A DNA stretch of 6,950 nt from a virus (taxonomy: Duplodnaviria > Heunggongvirae > Uroviricota > Caudoviricetes). The stretch lies in the IMG/VR virus record IMGVR_UViG_2728369593_000029, one strand, 5' to 3'. Below are positions 6,318 through 6,950 of this stretch, one piece after another. The position numbers were made by a program, and so were the translations under genes. The notes below the pieces were generated by a model. That model was not told the DNA's origin. It worked only from the letters and a program-made list of their open reading frames with translations, and did no database searches. Position 1 is the first letter of the stretch, and each line of letters begins with the position of its first letter.

Positions 6318-6491
6318 TCATGCTACTTTGCGACGACGAAGCTTACCCTGCTGCTCTTTACCAGAGACAGTAGCGTGAGTGAACGCATTAGGAGCAGCCT
6401 TCATCAGAACTTCAACAGCAGCCCCCATACCTGCGAATGCTTTCATTGTGTCGAACTTAACCTGTGGCTTGGTTGCTTTTTGATCTTCCAT
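6318..6491 (-). CDS. Hypothetical small protein (57 aa), below the ORF-track size cutoff
   Basis: Hand-translated from the minus strand: MEDQKATKPQVKFDTMKAFAGMGAAVEVLMKAAPNAFTHATVSGKEQQGKLRRRKVA. GGAG lies 7 nt upstream of ATG 6491..6489, and the ORF ends 17 nt before the bidirectional terminator. No recognisable domain. Confidence 0.45.
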   Translation of the reverse strand: MEDQKATKPQVKFDTMKAFAGMGAAVEVLMKAAPNAFTHATVSGKEQQGKLRRRKVA

Positions 6492-6530
6492 AGAAAACTC
6501 CAGAAGCTATACCGAAAAAATTCCTGTTGT

Positions 6531-6950
6531 TTACTCATCATCAATAGATGATACGCAATATTTATTTTTAAATTTAAGGTTCTTTGGCGTAACTTCATCA
6601 GATATATCAAAACCGTCCAGAATTCTATTGAATGTAGCTTCTGGCATATCATCATGAACAGAAATCTCACCCGATCGCTGCTTTCTAACCATGTTATCCA
6701 CTCGCCAAATTATAGCTTCAGCGTAAACAACATAACTTGGATGCTTGATAAAGCGATGATCACCAGAATTCAAGACGCAAGACGGATCGTGGGGGACACC
6801 ATCCTTGATACTAGAAATATTAACAACTAAAACACAATAACAATCGTTAACGGGGTAATAAACAGGATCATTACAAATCACATGAAGATGATTGCATGGC
6901 CCAGTTGGGGCAAGCACAGTTCCTTTCCTGTATGGCTGATAATCCGTCAT
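6531..6950 (-). CDS. Hypothetical protein (at least 139 aa; ATG coincides with the window edge), Cys/His-rich, unknown family
   Basis: Continuous minus-strand ORF in visibly AT-rich DNA. Several Cys/His clusters (GPCNHLHVICND, CYC, HDPSC, GDHRFIKH). The start cannot be confirmed because the upstream sequence is outside the window. Confidence 0.55.
   Translation of the reverse strand: MTDYQPYRKGTVLAPTGPCNHLHVICNDPVYYPVNDCYCVLVVNISSIKDGVPHDPSCVLNSGDHRFIKHPSYVVYAEAIIWRVDNMVRKQRSGEISVHDDMPEATFNRILDGFDISDEVTPKNLKFKNKYCVSSIDDE

Noticed and set aside
6443-6670. Minus-strand 75-aa ORF bridging the two cassette genes
   Set aside because: It overlaps the 3' end of the 139-aa ORF and the 5' end of the 57-aa ORF in a different frame; the translation is hydrophobic and low complexity and there is no RBS.
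6318-6950. HicA/HicB-type toxin-antitoxin interpretation of the 139-aa plus 57-aa pair
   Set aside because: The sizes are superficially similar, but the gene order (large then small) is opposite to typical hicA-hicB and I see no HicA or HicB motifs. The pair is kept only as an unknown-function cassette.
1-6950. CRISPR array, tRNA, rRNA, integrase or transposase
   Set aside because: No repeat-spacer periodicity, no tRNA-like cloverleaf candidates, and no ORF with recombinase or transposase signatures were seen on either strand.

Overview
This window reads as the early operon of a lambdoid, CPS-53/KplE1-like enterobacterial prophage, followed by a short oppositely oriented cassette of unknown function. 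From about 1065 to 6270 the + strand carries a tightly packed, partly translationally coupled gene array: YfdP-like, YfdQ-like, YfdR-like HD-domain phosphohydrolase, YfdS-like DUF551, two small ORFs, an Ead/Ea22-like protein, a PD-(D/E)XK (MmcB-like) nuclease-fold protein, a second DUF551 protein, a DEDDh 3'-5' exonuclease and a PrtN/excisionase-like protein. A clean bidirectional terminator (6273..6300) ends the array. The first 1 kb holds a stand-alone ClpX-type zinc-finger ORF, two convergent overlapping small ORFs and a roughly 400 bp ORF-free stretch with a long-loop hairpin. After the terminator the strand flips to a 57-aa ORF and a 139-aa ORF in visibly AT-rich DNA, neither of which I can place in a family; this is the best candidate for something undescribed (a moron, defence or toxin-like cargo), but that is inference only. 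No integrase, tRNA, rRNA or CRISPR array is visible. All family assignments come from motif recognition and recalled lengths of the E. coli K-12 homologues; no database search or computation was run.
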